This document shows positions 23,239 through 36,752 of a stretch of DNA of 64,000 nucleotides, in pieces. The notes beneath the pieces were generated by a model that was not told where the DNA came from, made no database searches, and saw nothing but the letters and a program-made list of their open reading frames with translations. Made by a program: the position numbers and the translations under genes. Source of the stretch: Basidiobolus meristosporus CBS 931.73 (Eukaryota; Fungi; Basidiobolomycota); contig MCFE01000381.1 of assembly GCA_002104905.1 (NCBI GenBank), positions 20,143 through 84,142 on the forward strand, given 5' to 3'. Positions within the stretch are counted from its first letter, which is position 1. Each line of letters begins with the position of its first letter.

Positions 23239-26200
23239 ATGAACTCTATGCCATTACCACTCTCACATGGAGCCCCACAGTTTGATGGAAAGAATGTGGA
23301 GAGCTTCATATTCAAATGGGAGAAGCTCTGCAAGATGTGCAGCCTATCTGAACAAGAAATGGCTGAAGACTTCCCCTACTACTGCACCAATGATATTACC
23401 ACTAAGCTTCTCAGACAAGGAGACATTCTCACTGACTGGGCCTTAATGAAGACCTACCTACAGACTGAGTATGGTAGACCCCAGATATACTATGGAATTG
23501 AAGACCTCAGGCACTTTGGAAGAACTGGACTTTCCAAGCTACCACTTGAAGAGCTCATTCAACAGTATGAAGATATGGCCAAGCCACTCCTAGAGTCCCA
23601 GGCTATAACTGAGTTAACCATGACACTTTACCTTGCACAAGGGCTTCCCCAGGACTTGGCAAGGAAAGTTGACTTACATGCAGCCAAAGATGACAAGTCT
23701 GGCATTCCTTGCTTTGCAGAGATGAAATGTGTTCTCCTAGAGGCAAAGCAAACTTCTACCTTTATGAGACTCCTGACATCTAATATGCCAGACCAGTCAA
23801 CCAAGGAGCCAAGGAGTGCTGCTGCTGACAATCAGACCTACACTACCAACAGAATTGACCAACTTGCTGAACAGCTACAAAAGCTAGCCCTCAAGATTAA
23901 TGGCTCAGCTGAGGTTGCTACTGAGGGACAAAGACCTTTGCCCAGGCACTGCATCTAGTGTGACTCTACTCAGCATGCCAGACGAGAATGCTCAGAGCTT
24001 AGCCAGCTACTCAGAGAAGGAGCAGTACAGTTTGATGCTGATGGAATGCTTGCTGACAAGGAAGGAAGAAGGATTCCCACTAATTTCCAAAGAGGAGGGA
24101 TGAGAGCCCTTTTCCAGAAATCTGACTCAGCAACCAGAAAGATTACTGTTGATGCCCCTATTGGGACTCATAAAGTGAATCCAAGCAGCCCTGACAACAG
24201 ACAATATGAATTTGATGCCTTTGCTACCAAAAGACACCTCCCTGAAGAACCTGCCAAACCCATCCTTAGAAGACCACAATTTGAAGAACCTGAAGTTGTT
24301 ATTGACAAGAGGCCTAGTATGCTGCCCAACCAAGATCCATTGCCTCACTTTCAGATGACCTCAAAGATAGCAAGCTACTCAAGCCCTCAACTGATTACTG
24401 AGAAGCTGCTGAAGCAGAACCTCACTTTGTTGGTTGGAGAAATCATGAGTGTATCCCCATCTGTTAGGAAGACCTTTGATGAGCAGCTTAGAACAAGACA
24501 ACAAGCTGTTGAACATATGGACACTCATATAATTCAGACAAGCCATGAAGACCACCAAAAGGATGACAACACTACTGAATATAAAACCTTTTACTCAGTT
24601 GCAACTGCTGTGGTGAAAGGGTATATATATGATGACCCTGTTGACTGCCATATTGACAGTGGCTCAGAGATTTGTGTTATGCCGCTAGACTTCTGGAAGA
24701 CACTTAGAAGCAAGGAGCTACTGCCTGTTGATAGAGATATTGGATGGAACATGACTGATGCAAACTCAGGATCTAGTCCACTCTACGGTGTAGTGCACAA
24801 GTTCCCTATAAAGGTACAAGGAATCAAGGTCTGGCTTCCCCTCTTCATCTGCCAGAAGGCAAACTTTGACCTTCTGCTAGGTAGACCATGGGAAACCAGT
24901 ACTAAGGCTACAACTACCAACTATTCCGATGGGTCAGTATGGTACACCATACAAGGATCCAATCCAGGACTACAGTCAACCTTCTGTGGTGTAACACCCA
25001 ACAATAAGAGGACACATACTGCTTGCCAGAAGGCACATCTTGTTATGGAAGAAGATGAAGAGCCTGACAATATACACCCCAACATTTGGAGCTGCTCATT
25101 AGGTATACAGGAGCAAACAGCTATGGCTCAAGCAAAATACATGACAGTAGAACAGAAGATTAGACCATCACTTACCCCATTGACTGATGGATCTCAACCT
25201 GCTGATTACATTAGACCACCAGAAGAAACACCAGAAGATATACAACTTACACCTGAGAGACTTAAGCAACTTATCATTGATGATGGAACCTAACACCAGA
25301 GGAGATACTATTATCAAGGAGACCTTGAAAAGGCATGATAAGGTCTTCTCATATAATGACAAGGAGATGGGACTCTTAAAGACATTGGTTGAAAAACCCA
25401 TCAAGATTCATACAGTGCCCCACACACCCTGGTCATTTAAGCCTTACCCACTGCCCAGAGGACTCCAAGCTGATGTGCATGACCTACTTAAGAAGAAGAT
25501 AGAAGCTGGTATCCTAGAACCTTGCCATGGACCCTATGCTAACAGATGGTTTGTGACCAAAAAGAAGAATGGAAAGCTCCAATTCATTCAAGACATGCAA
25601 CCTGCAAATGCTGTCACTATCAGAGATGCTTCTATACCTCCATCTCTTGATGACTTTGCAGAAAGCTTTAGTGGCCACTCCATCTACTCAACATATGATC
25701 TCTACTCAGGATATGACCAGATCCCCCTTGATGAGACATCAAGAGATATGTTTGCACTACAGACACCATTTGGACTGTTAAGGATGACAAGACTCAGTCA
25801 AGGGGCTACAAACTCTGTGGCTCAGTTCCAGAGATGCATGGTAAATGTGCTGTATCAGTTTATACCTGAGAAACTTGCTGTCTTCGTGGATGACATAGGC
25901 ATCAAAGGATCAAAATTCCAGGACACCACTGAAGTTATGCCTGGAGTAAGAAAGTTTGTCTATGACCATATTGCAGACAATAATGCCATATTAGGAGCCA
26001 TTGAAGAAGCTGGACTCACCATCAGTGGTGAGAAAAGCAGCTTTGGTGTATCAGAGATATCCATTGTTGGACAAAAATGCAACACCTTTGGTTGCTCACC
26101 TGGAGATTCCAAGACACAAAAGATATGCAACTGGCCTACCCCCACAAATCTAACACAAGCTTGTGGCTTTGTGGCAGCTTGTGGGTTCTTTAGGATCTGG

Positions 26201-28086
26201 ATCCCAAGATTTTCTGAGATAGCAGAACCAATCTACCAACTACAGAGAAAGAATACCCCATTTATCTGGGGAGAAGAGCAAGAAGAAGCCATGCAATTAC
26301 TGAAAGAGGCCTTAGTATCTCCACCAGTTCTAAGACCTCTTGACTATCAAAACACTGAATGCCCACCTATTTTGACAGTGGATGCAAGCCCTATAGGAGC
26401 TGGAGCACTACTTGGACAAGATGATGAAGATGGCAACCGCTATGCCTGCAGATATGAGAGCTGCCTATTCTCTCCTAGAGTGCAAAGATACTCACAGATT
26501 AAGAGAGAACTACTAGGAGTTGTGAAGATGCTGAGGAAACTGAAGTCACAACTCTACATGACACATTTTATCCTGGAGACAGATGCCAAGCCACTTATAG
26601 GAATGATCAACAAGCCTGACCTACCTGATGATGCCGCAAACCAATGGATGGCATGGCTGAAAATGTTTGACTTTGAGGTCAGACATATCCCTGGCAAAAC
26701 AAATGTTGTGGCTGATGCACTCTCCAGGAAGGGACCGCAATTATTTGAAGACTTGGACCCTCACTTTGATGATATTATTGATGCAGAGATCTGACAGATT
26801 GCCATCAAAGACCAAGAGAGAACTACCTGGAGTCTGATCAAGGAATATCTAAGGACACTTAAGAAACCTAGTTGGATGGACATTCAGGAGTTTAGAAAAC
26901 TAAGGAAGAAGGCACACCACTACTATCTTAAAGATGATCTTCTCTTTAAGCAAGTGAAGCCTGGACTTATGCCAAGAAGAGTAGTCACTACCCCTCAAGA
27001 GCAACTGAACATCATGACAAGTATCCACCAAGGAGAACCAGGAGGACATAGAGGACAAGAAGCCACATACAATACTACAGCTCAGAGGTACTACTGGGAA
27101 AACATGTACTATGATATCCAACACTTTGTTGAGTCATGTGTAGCCTGCCAGAAGAGATCCTCCAAGCATTATGAAGAACCACTGCATCCTACTTACACAA
27201 TCTGTCTATGGCAAAAGGTTGGTATTGACCTTGTCCACATGCCAATAGCTGGATCAAAAAAGTACCTGATTGTTGCTAGAGATGACCTTAGTGGATGGGC
27301 AGAGGCTTGAGCCTTGCCCAACAACAAGAGCCATACCATATGGAGATTTATACTTGAAGACATCATCTGCAGATTTGGCTGCATCCAACAGTTTGTTGCT
27401 GACAGAGGAGAGATGACATCCCAAATGATCCAGGAGTTGTGCTCAAAGTACAAGATACACATAGCTTTCACAACAGCTTACCACCCTCAAGCCAATGGAA
27501 TGATAGAGAGAGGACATGGACCATTGGTGAACTCTCTTGTCAAGGCCTGTGAGAATAACACAACACTGTGGCCACAGCAATTACATCTTGCACTCTGGGC
27601 AGATAGAATTACTACCAAGAGAACAACTGGATTATCACCATTCAGACTACTCTATGGACATGACTGCATACTACCAGTTGAGTTAAACACAGTCACTTGG
27701 AACTCATTGAATTGGAGATCCAATATGCAGACTGAAGACCTCCTTGCAACTCGCATACAGCAACTTGATCACCATGACTTGAATATTAGCAGAGCTGCTG
27801 AACAACTTAAGGATACACAATTAAAGAACAAGGTGCCCTTTGACAAATCACACCCAACAAGACCAAAATCACTATCACTAGGAGACCCAGTATTACTCTA
27901 CAATTCTACCTTGGACAAGCAATGGAGTCGGAAGTTTGACAACAAATGGACTGGCCCCTACCTCATTTCCAAAGTGATTGGAAATGGAAGTTATTACATA
28001 TCTGAGCTTGACAACACCCAGTTGAGAGCACCAGTTGCTGGAAATTGACTTAAGTTATTCAAGCATAGGAATTTCACACATCAAGA
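23239..28086 (+). pseudogene. gag-pol: Gypsy-A gag-pol, disrupted
   Basis: FDGKNVESFI gag, CI*CDSTQHARREC knuckle followed by a DUF4100-like GGMRAL segment, HIDSGSEICVM protease, VFVDDIGIKG RT, TVDASPIGAG / ADALSR RNase H, HQGEPGGH..CVAC / GIDLVHMP / HPQANGMIE integrase. Stops at 23956, 26792, 27308, 28046; frameshift about 25290. No chromodomain. Confidence 0.93.
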
Positions 28087-28129
28087 TTAGTTTGCTTTGA
28101 CCCAAGTTCAAAGCTGAGAGAGGGGTGGA

Positions 28130-29200
28130 TGTAGTGGGGTGACAGTGACACCCACTGACAGATGTGCTCATTCCCTTATTTTCTACTTCCCTATATCTCT
28201 ACTACACTTATTTTAGTTTTATCCCATTTGTCTTACCCAATCAGTACTATCCCATAAGCCGGTTGACTATCACACCTGCTTACCTTATTGCGTAAGTCAC
28301 CCCTCACTTTATGTAAGATTACTAGCTATAAGTACTTCTATATTAGGCAAGTACCCGCGCCAGTACCCGTGACACATGATCAGCCCGTGTCACCATCCCT
28401 ACCATTTTCATACCATATATGGTATCCCCATGTTACACAGGTTTCAGAATACTGATTCCTGATTGGTCAGATGTGCTGTGCCTCTTAGAACCTTCCGGCA
28501 CCTACTTAGAACATTCTTAGGTCATTCTGATGTCATTAAGATTTCTATTGATATCCGGAACCTTCTGGAACACCATGATTAGTAATCACTTAGCCAGTGA
28601 GAAAAGTATATAAGGGAGGCTATCCCTCAACAATCAATCATCATCCCTTTTATCAATATGCCAACTTGTTGATTAGTGTGATCACTGCTACCTGCTGCTA
28701 CCTGAACTTCCAACCCTAGACCACAGGACACTCCCAGGAAACCGCGCTGACAGCCAACTGACCTTGGAGGCACTACTTGTGAGGAATACTCAGAGTAGGT
28801 ATCTTTTATTATATTTGATTCTTTCCCAAGTTTGTTCTTGTACAGGCAAAGATACTTTTCTGTCTTTGTAACTATTGACCAAAGCTGCATTCTTGTCAAG
28901 TCCCTGCTGGTGGAGTTTACAGTTGTTGTGACTTTGGAAGCTTTAGTACATTGTCATCTCAAAGGACGCTGAACCCAGCACATACTTTTGTTAAGACGCC
29001 AACTAAGTTGGGGATTGTAGCTCAATAGTTTTCCCTTGACAAGCTTGTGTCTTTATTCCCCTTCACATTAGATTAGAGACAGAACCCAAGTATTCCTAGC
29101 AAGCTTTTGCCAGAGGTTATCACACCCAGTGAACACCCCACACACAAAACACTTGAGAAGTGTTGGACGTATCTCTCCCTTGGACTTATACACCACCACA
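28130..29200 (+). repeat. Gypsy-A 3' LTR (LTR-A, 1071 bp)
   Basis: tgtagtggggt...caccaccaca directly after the PPT. Confidence 0.95.
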
Positions 29201-29202
29201 GC

Positions 29203-30189
29203 GTTCACTGGGTGCAATAACCTCTGGCAAAAGCTTGCTAGGAATACTTGGGTTCTGTCTCTAATCTAATGTGAAGGGGAATAAAGACACAAGCTTGTCA
29301 AGGGAAAACTATTGAGCTACAATCCCCAACTTAGTTGGCATCTTAACAAAAGTATGTGCTGGGTTCAGCATCCTTTGAGATGACAATGTACTAAAGCTTC
29401 CAAAGTCACAACAACTGTAAACTCCACCAGCAGGGACTTGATAAGAATGCAGATGTGGTCAATATTTACATAGCCAGATGAGTATCTTTGACTGTACACA
29501 AACAAACCTGGGAAAGAATCAAATATAATAAAAGATCCCTACTCTGAGTATTCCTCATAAGTAGTGCCTCCAAAGTCAGATGGCTGTCAGTGCAGTTTCC
29601 TGGGAGTTTCCTGTAGTCTGGGATAGGAAGTTCAGGTAGCAGCAGGTAGCAGTGATAACACTTATCATCAAGTTGGTATATTGAAAAAGGGATGATGATA
29701 TATTGTTGAGGGATTGCCACCCTTATATACTTTTCTCACTGGCTAAGTGATCACTAATCAAGGTGTTCCAGAAGGATCCGTAGATTGGCAGAAATCTGAA
29801 TGATATCATAATGAGCTAAGAATATTCTAAGTAGATGCCAGAAGGTTCAAAGAGGCACAGCACATCCAACCAATCAGTGATCAGTACTCCAAGACCTGTG
29901 TAACATAGGGATACCATATGTGGAGTGAAGATGGTAGGGATGGTGACACAGTTTGATCATTTGTCATGGGTCTTGGCATGGATACTTGCCTAATGCAGAA
30001 GCACCCATATTTAATAATCATACATAAAGTGAGGGATACCTATGCTTTAAATAGGCTAGTATTGTGTTAGCTGGCTTATGGGATAGTACTGATCAGATAA
30101 GACAGATGGGATAAAACTTAAATAAGGGTAGTAGAGAAAATATGGGAATGAGCTCATCTGTTGGTGGGTATCACTGTGACCCCACTACA
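29203..30189 (-). mobile_element. Inverted LTR-A abutting the Gypsy-A 3' LTR, lacking about 70 terminal bp
   Basis: Reverse complement of LTR-A ending in cccactaca at 30189. Confidence 0.92.
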
Positions 30190-30214
30190 ACACCACAATC
30201 AAGTATACATTTAC

Positions 30215-30530
30215 TTTGAAGGTACTATCCAGAAGAATGACAAGATGGAGTGAATACACTCAGCAATTTGACTTGGAGATTGTCTACTGACCTGGGAAAA
30301 GCAACCCAGTTGCTAATGTGTTATTGAGGCTAGAACAAGTTGTGCAACTCAACTTGGTGCATGAATCAGACTACATTAGAAAATACAATTAGTCAGCAAT
30401 TGATCTGGCAAAATGTATATAAGGAGCTGCAGGAAGCTTGACAACAATCAGCTCAAGTTTTAGGGACTACAATACTAGCTAAACCCTCTATTCCTCTCCA
30501 ACTCATATATCAAGGCTTGTAATAAGTGCA
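30215..30530 (+). mobile_element. Gypsy-E fragment: RNase H end fused to the 3' part of LTR-E
   Basis: Matches about 59640-59790, then about 57075-57224. Confidence 0.75.
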
Positions 30531-30940
30531 GCATCAGGCACCTGAGTAATGATCTTATTGCCTTTCTGATCTGAATGCTACTCATATACAACATCCCTGG
30601 GCTTGATCAGCTTATGAATTTTGCCATCATCCACCCCTATAAGAAATTATTATGATGATCCTATTAAAAGGCCATCACAAATTTAAAGTCGTATCACTAA
30701 GAGGTACTGAACCTGTCATGACACCATGCTGAGACTGTTGAGAAATGATTGCTCCCCAGATTTCACAAAAAACTTAGTCAAAATTTTACATCACAACAAA
30801 ATATTAGTGGCTTTTGATTGATTACCTGCCAATTCACTCACTTTCTGATCCTGGTCACTTGATCACCTCCTATGTTTGTGTACACTGATTGGCTATTGCC
30901 ACATTTTCACACTCCTTACTTCCCAACTCAACTGTTTCTC

Positions 30941-33900
30941 TTACTTTTTATTTGTACAAATTGATTTATTTCCATTAAACTTCAGTTGTATATCAATTGC
31001 CAATTGTATTGGCCTATACAAGTCCCTATACCATATACTAACATTAAGCCCAACTCCACACTTAACAAGTATTTCCATTAAAATCCACCACTCAATAGGT
31101 ATTTCTGCTGTGATGCTCTGTTTCCATGACTCTGGCTGGAACCTAATAGCTTTATGCCATTGTTCACTCACTGGTTCCCACACATCCTGGTCTTCAGCCA
31201 GCACTGCAAGGTCTAGCACTTCATTTTCAAGTCTTTGCTATGAATCCCTGCAATATACAAGTGTGCTTTCTTGTGCACTGCTCTTGAAAAAGTGCTGCAA
31301 CCTCTTGGTGTGTCTATTAATATTCCAAAATTCCACTGAAGACATTGTGCTAGTCTTCCAAGTTCTTGCCATTGTAGCCTCATCTGTCAGTGGGATCTCC
31401 ACTCTTTCAACAATGGAGGATGTGGAGGCTGTGATAGACAAATTGCCTTTCTCTGCTGACTCTACTACCTTGCTGGAGTGTAGCTCAACTGGCTGCGCTT
31501 CCAACCCTTGTGAAAACAGTGGTTTTCTTGTTGGTATTTCTTCTTGGCTATGATGAGATTCAGTCTGTTCTGGGTTTACAGCATTAATTGGCAAGAATGG
31601 TGTAGTGGGGTGACATTGACACCCACTGACAGATGTGCTCATTCCCTTATTTTCTACTTCCTATATATCTACTACATTTATTTTAGTTTTATCCCATTTG
31701 TCTTACCCAATCAGTACTATCCCATAAGCCAATTGACTATCACACCTGCTGACCTTATTGCATAAGTTACTCCTCACTTTACATAAGATTACTAGCTATA
31801 AGTGCTTCTATATTAGGTAAGTACCGGCGCCAGTACCTGTAACACATGATCAAACTGTGTTGCCATCCCTACCATTTCCATACCATATATGGTATCCCTA
31901 TGTTACACAAGTTTCAGAATACTGATTCCTGATTGGTTGGATGTGCTGTGCCTCTTAGAACCTTCCAGCACCTACTTAGAACATTCTTAGGTCATTCTGA
32001 TGTCATTAGGATTTCTGTTGATATCCAGAACCTTCTGGAACACCATGATTAGTAATCACTTAGCCAGTAAGAAAAGTATACAAGGGAGGCTATCCCTCAA
32101 CAATAAATCATCATCCCTTTTATCAATATACCAACTTGTTGATTAGTGTAATCACTGCTACCTGCTGCTACCTGAACTTCCAACCCCAGACCACCGGACA
32201 CTCCCAGGAAACCACGCTGACAGCCAACTGACCATGGAGGCACTACTTGTGAGGAATACTCAGAGTAGGTATCTTTTATTATATTTGATTCTTTCCCAGG
32301 TTTGTTTGTGTACAGGCAAAGATACTCATCTGGCTATGTAAATATTGACCACATCTGCATTCTTATCAAGTCCCTGCTGGTGGAGTTTACAGTTGTTTTG
32401 ACTTTGGAAGCTTTAGTACATTGTCATCTCAAAGGATGCTGAAACCCAGCACATACTTTTGTTAAGACGCCAACTAAGTTGGGGATTGTAGCGCAATAGT
32501 TTTCCCTTGACAAGCTTGTGGCTTTATTCCCCTTCACATTAGATTAGAGACAGAACCCAAGTATTCCTAGCAAGCTTTAGCCAGAGGTTATTGCACCAGT
32601 GAACACCCCACACACAAAACACTTGAGAAGTGTTGGACGTATCTCTCCCTTGGACCTATACACCACCACAATGGCAGTATTTTTTGTATGCTTCTCTAAC
32701 TCAAGCTTAGACAAATTGCCATTTTCAGCAAACTCATCTACCTTGCTGGAGTGTAGCTCAACTGCCTGTGCTTCCATCTCTTGTGAAAACAGCTGTTTTC
32801 TTGTTGGTTATTCTTCTTGGCTATGATGGGATTCAGTCTGTTCCTGGCTTGTGGCATTAATTGGAGAGAACTGCAGTTTTTTTTGCATGCCTCCCTGTCT
32901 CAGGCTTGGGTAGACCTTTTTCCCTTTCCCTATCCTTTTATCATTGCCAGGTCTTCTACTGCCACTTTATCTGAGTGCCTCTTGTAATGAACTACTCTTC
33001 TCCTTGATGAGCTCTGCTCTGACGCATCTGTTTTGACATGCTTGTCCCTTGCTGGCACTCTTCTGGCAACTTGACATTTCTTTACTCTCTGTTTTGATCT
33101 CTCAGCTGTAGTTGTGATGGGCTCTTGAGAAAGCCACTGGTGCTTATCACTTCCAGGTCCTTCACTGCCACATTGCGTGAGTGCTTCTTGAGTGGTACTA
33201 AGCTTATTCCTCAACAAATGCTTTGCTGGTGCGTCCATGTCTGCCTGCTTGTCCCTTATTGGCACTCTTCCAGCTACTTGACATCTCTTTGATGCTTGTT
33301 TGGAGCTTTTAGCCCTGCTTGTAGCAGGATCATGAGGAAGCTGCTAGTTTTTAGCAATGGCTCCCTTGTTCCTCTGTCTTCAATAGTTTCTGCTATTCTG
33401 AGATACTTTCTTAGCATACCAATGCTGGCCCAAAATCTGCTTGCCTGTTTGAATTCAGGATAATGCTTATGGAACAAGTCAAGAGCATTCTGCTTGGCCT
33501 TTGGTCCTGATGGTCCCATGGTATAACAGCCCTAAGGTGATGGCATGCTAGACTAATGAAGGCCTCTTAACTATTAGACTACTCTTCTTTATTACACTCA
33601 TTGGCCTAATGCATTGTCAATGTCTTTAGATTTTTAGGCTTCAATATAAGCACCACATTATCTCCCTCCCATGCCATGATAGGTTTTTCTGTGGGCTTTA
33701 TCTTTGGGCTCTGTTGTTGTGCTTCAAAGACTGTACAGTGTTTCTCTGCTGTTTCATTGGGAAATGGCTCAATTCTTGGCTGTGACAATGAGCTACTTGG
33801 GTTCCTTTGTTGCAGCAAAGACACTGCTTTCTCTACATGGGATATTGATTGCTCTACATGTATTATCCAATTATCCTATTTCTGGACTATTTACTGATTT

Positions 33901-34299
33901 CTCTGGGTCATTGCATCTATCCTATTAGCCACAGCACCAAATTGCTTCATCAGTGCTTTGATATAAGCTGGCAGTATACTTGCTAATATGGGTGGTGGTG
34001 ATGTTATGACTGCCACTTGCTGGTCTTTGACTGAAGGTACTGCATTTGATATACTCTCATCTGTCTGAATATAATGATTGGCTTGTGGCTCTGCAGAAAA
34101 ATTGCCTACTTGACTGAGAGCCTGATGAGTCTGCATTATTACATTCAGTAGGCACACTGTCAACATGGCCTTTTTTAGATGTAGCCACACCTGTTGCACT
34201 GAATGTCAAAGCAACCTGTTTTCCAACCATTTTTCTGCCGCCATCAGCAGTGGGGTTTGGTTGAGAGCCAGACAACTGTGCTTTATTTTTTGGTGGCAT
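30941..34299 (-). pseudogene. Long decayed ORF divergent from the CACTA transposase (putative second ORF), split by solo LTR-A
   Basis: Chain of minus-strand ORF fragments from MPPKNK (34299) to ..ICTNKK (30941), with internal repeats. No family recognised. Confidence 0.5.
31601..32670 (+). mobile_element. Solo gypsy LTR-A
   Basis: tgtagtgggg...caccaccaca; flanks ATGG/ATGG (4 bp, or AATGG with one A lost). Confidence 0.93.
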
Positions 34300-34731
34300 A
34301 TATATGGTAGGGAGTCACACCAAAGGGGAAATAGTGTTATATATACAGGGGTATGTGGTGCCACAACTTTATTTTTAATGCTCACTATGGTGGGTCATCA
34401 TTGAAGCTTACATTCATGTAGGTGCAATGCCTCAAATACAAGACTGTCATGAATTCACACAAGTATTGACCCAAGAGTAATATAATAGCATCATGTTGTT
34501 GAGGGTCAAACTGTTTACCCCATGGACAAGACTACTTTGATTCAATGCCATAAGAGAAGAGAAAAAAGACCATGAGGCTATTTTAGCAGGCCCCTCAGCC
34601 ATGCAGCACACAGACAGCATAAGAAGTATTGCAAGGATCATGGCTGGTGTCTTGCCACACAAGTCATATTTGATCATTCATCAGTCTCTACTGTACCAAC
34701 ATTATCATGCCAGCCCATTGATACTTCTCTA

Positions 34732-36752
34732 TTGGCACCTGCCCATGTTTGTAACCTTGCACAAACTGAGTCAGAAGAGTTTGTGATGCCTTCAGGTGCA
34801 CCTCAGCCTGCTGAATATGGCACACAGAGTGATAGCTCTGACAAAGAAGGCTCACTGATGGATTATGAGCCTATCTCCTCTAACAAAAGTACCACATATG
34901 AGCCCAGTCAAATTGCAATATGCATTGAGACAGCACTTGCGGAAACAAATGCCAAAGATACATTATGGAGCCAAGTGGGCCCAGTAATTCATCTACATGT
35001 GAATGATGTTATGTTGTGGCCAGAGAAGTAGTGTGCTTCCACTAATATCAGTAATAGGGGCTTTGAGAATTTACTACTACTACTTGCCAAAATCATCCTG
35101 GGATGCACCTTACCATGTACATGGTACAAGTGAGCAACCATCATGTGGCTGAAACATATGACTCAGAGACTGTCCTGATTCCAGCATGTGTTAACAGTTG
35201 CATGGCATTCACATCCAAAATGCCACCATTGCAATGTGTCCAAATTGGCAGGAATCCACCACCATTGAGGGAAAACATTGTTCAGACTCTGGATATATTC
35301 CAGTAGTACCCATTTAAAGAAGCTCATGCAGTCCAACTAATATTGCAAAGCTATAAGGCACCACACTCTATATCAATCAAGTGCAAAAATATCTAATATA
35401 TTTGATAGCAAACATTACCAACAGCTGAAAAGCAAGGGCTACTTTGAACGTATGTATGACCATGCATTTGCTTTAGCACTTGATGGATTCTTATTATACA
35501 AGTTCTCTACCAGCAAATTCTCCTAGCCACTGGTTCTTATCAACTTGAATTTGCCACCTATCTTATGGTATCAGAGCCAGAATCTGATGGTAGTCTCACT
35601 AGTATCTGGGCCTAAATTACTGTCCAACCTGGATAGCTACCTGTATCCATTGCTAAATGAATTTTGTATGCTTTCCAGCAAGATAACAGTAAATGGTAGT
35701 CATGTCAGAGTGCATACAATTATCTGCATTGGAGATATTCCAGCCATCATCAAGATAGCCAGCTTTTCAGGGCGCAATTGATGGTATTGCTGTCAAATAT
35801 ATGAGATCCAGGGGATTTACTCCATAACTCACACACATCATTATTATCCAGAAACCTACACTAAAAACGTCATCTTTGCACTCAGAGGACATACAGAAGT
35901 CAGCATCCAATTGCAGCTAAGTTGGCAAGCTATAAGCCATTGGCCGGTGTATGGTACCACTCAGATACCAGAGATACTTAAGATAGAAGGCATTTGTTGC
36001 AGCAAATGTTTTCCACTGGGAGCAATGCATTGGCTTCTCAACAGTATCTCTATACTGATGACTAAGTTGTACATGGGGCATTTCAAGCTAAATTAGCCCT
36101 TTGAGATACCAGGGAAATCTGAAAGAATTGGCAAGATATTACAGAGTATCTGCCATCCTAAGTACTTCTCACAGGCTCAAATCCATATTCATGCGCATAT
36201 GCAACTATATAAATTCAAAGACTGGATGAACTGAACATGTATTTATTCAAGTGAATTTTTGAGGCCAATCCTACTAAGAGTACATTGGAAGCATTGGGAG
36301 TCATATGTGGGCATTGTAGGACTATTTATCCCAAAGCAGATCACCAATGCCAACTTCACACACCTAGAGCTGTTGTCCAAGGAGTTTGTAATGGGATTTG
36401 AGCGGCTATATGGCAAACATAAAGCTGAACATGTATATCTCTACTGCTACTGTATCCATTCTCTACTCCATCTTGCTTGGTATGTGGTTAATATTGTGCC
36501 TTACTTCACCATTTGAGAGTTTCCTATGAAGTGGATGTGGGGGAGATAGGAAGACAAGCCAAGTTGCAGGTACTATCATATTCCAATCTCGTCAAGAATA
36601 TTACCTTCAAGTCCATCATAGATGCAATGAGTTGGTACATGGAGGACAGCCAGGAAGAGCTGGAAGATAATGAGGACAGATGTGCAAATGGAGACACCTA
36701 TGCCTATGAAATTAAGAAGCTAAGCAGCCCCAATGCATGGGTAATCAGTTAA
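34732..36752 (+). pseudogene. CACTA/En-Spm (Transposase_21/Tnp2-like) transposase relic
   Basis: CVNSCMAF, ALALDGF, (W)PLVLINLNLPP..QNLMVVSLVSGPK..LDSYLYPLLNE, IGDIPA, MHWLLN, FERLY, HSLLHL. Many stops and frameshifts; termini not found. Confidence 0.8.

Larger units (their letters stand above)
22706..29200 (+). mobile_element. Gypsy-A: non-chromo Ty3/gypsy element (Ylt1-like), 5' LTR truncated
   Basis: Partial 5' LTR 22706-23097, PBS 23102, gag-PR-RT-RH-IN, PPT gagagaggggtgga, 3' LTR 28130-29200. Confidence 0.95.

Noticed and set aside
30876-31553. 225-aa plus-strand ORF, and many other 60-130 aa ORFs antisense to TE genes
   Set aside because: Shadow frames of minus- or plus-strand TE coding sequence; CpG loss and biased composition leave antisense frames open
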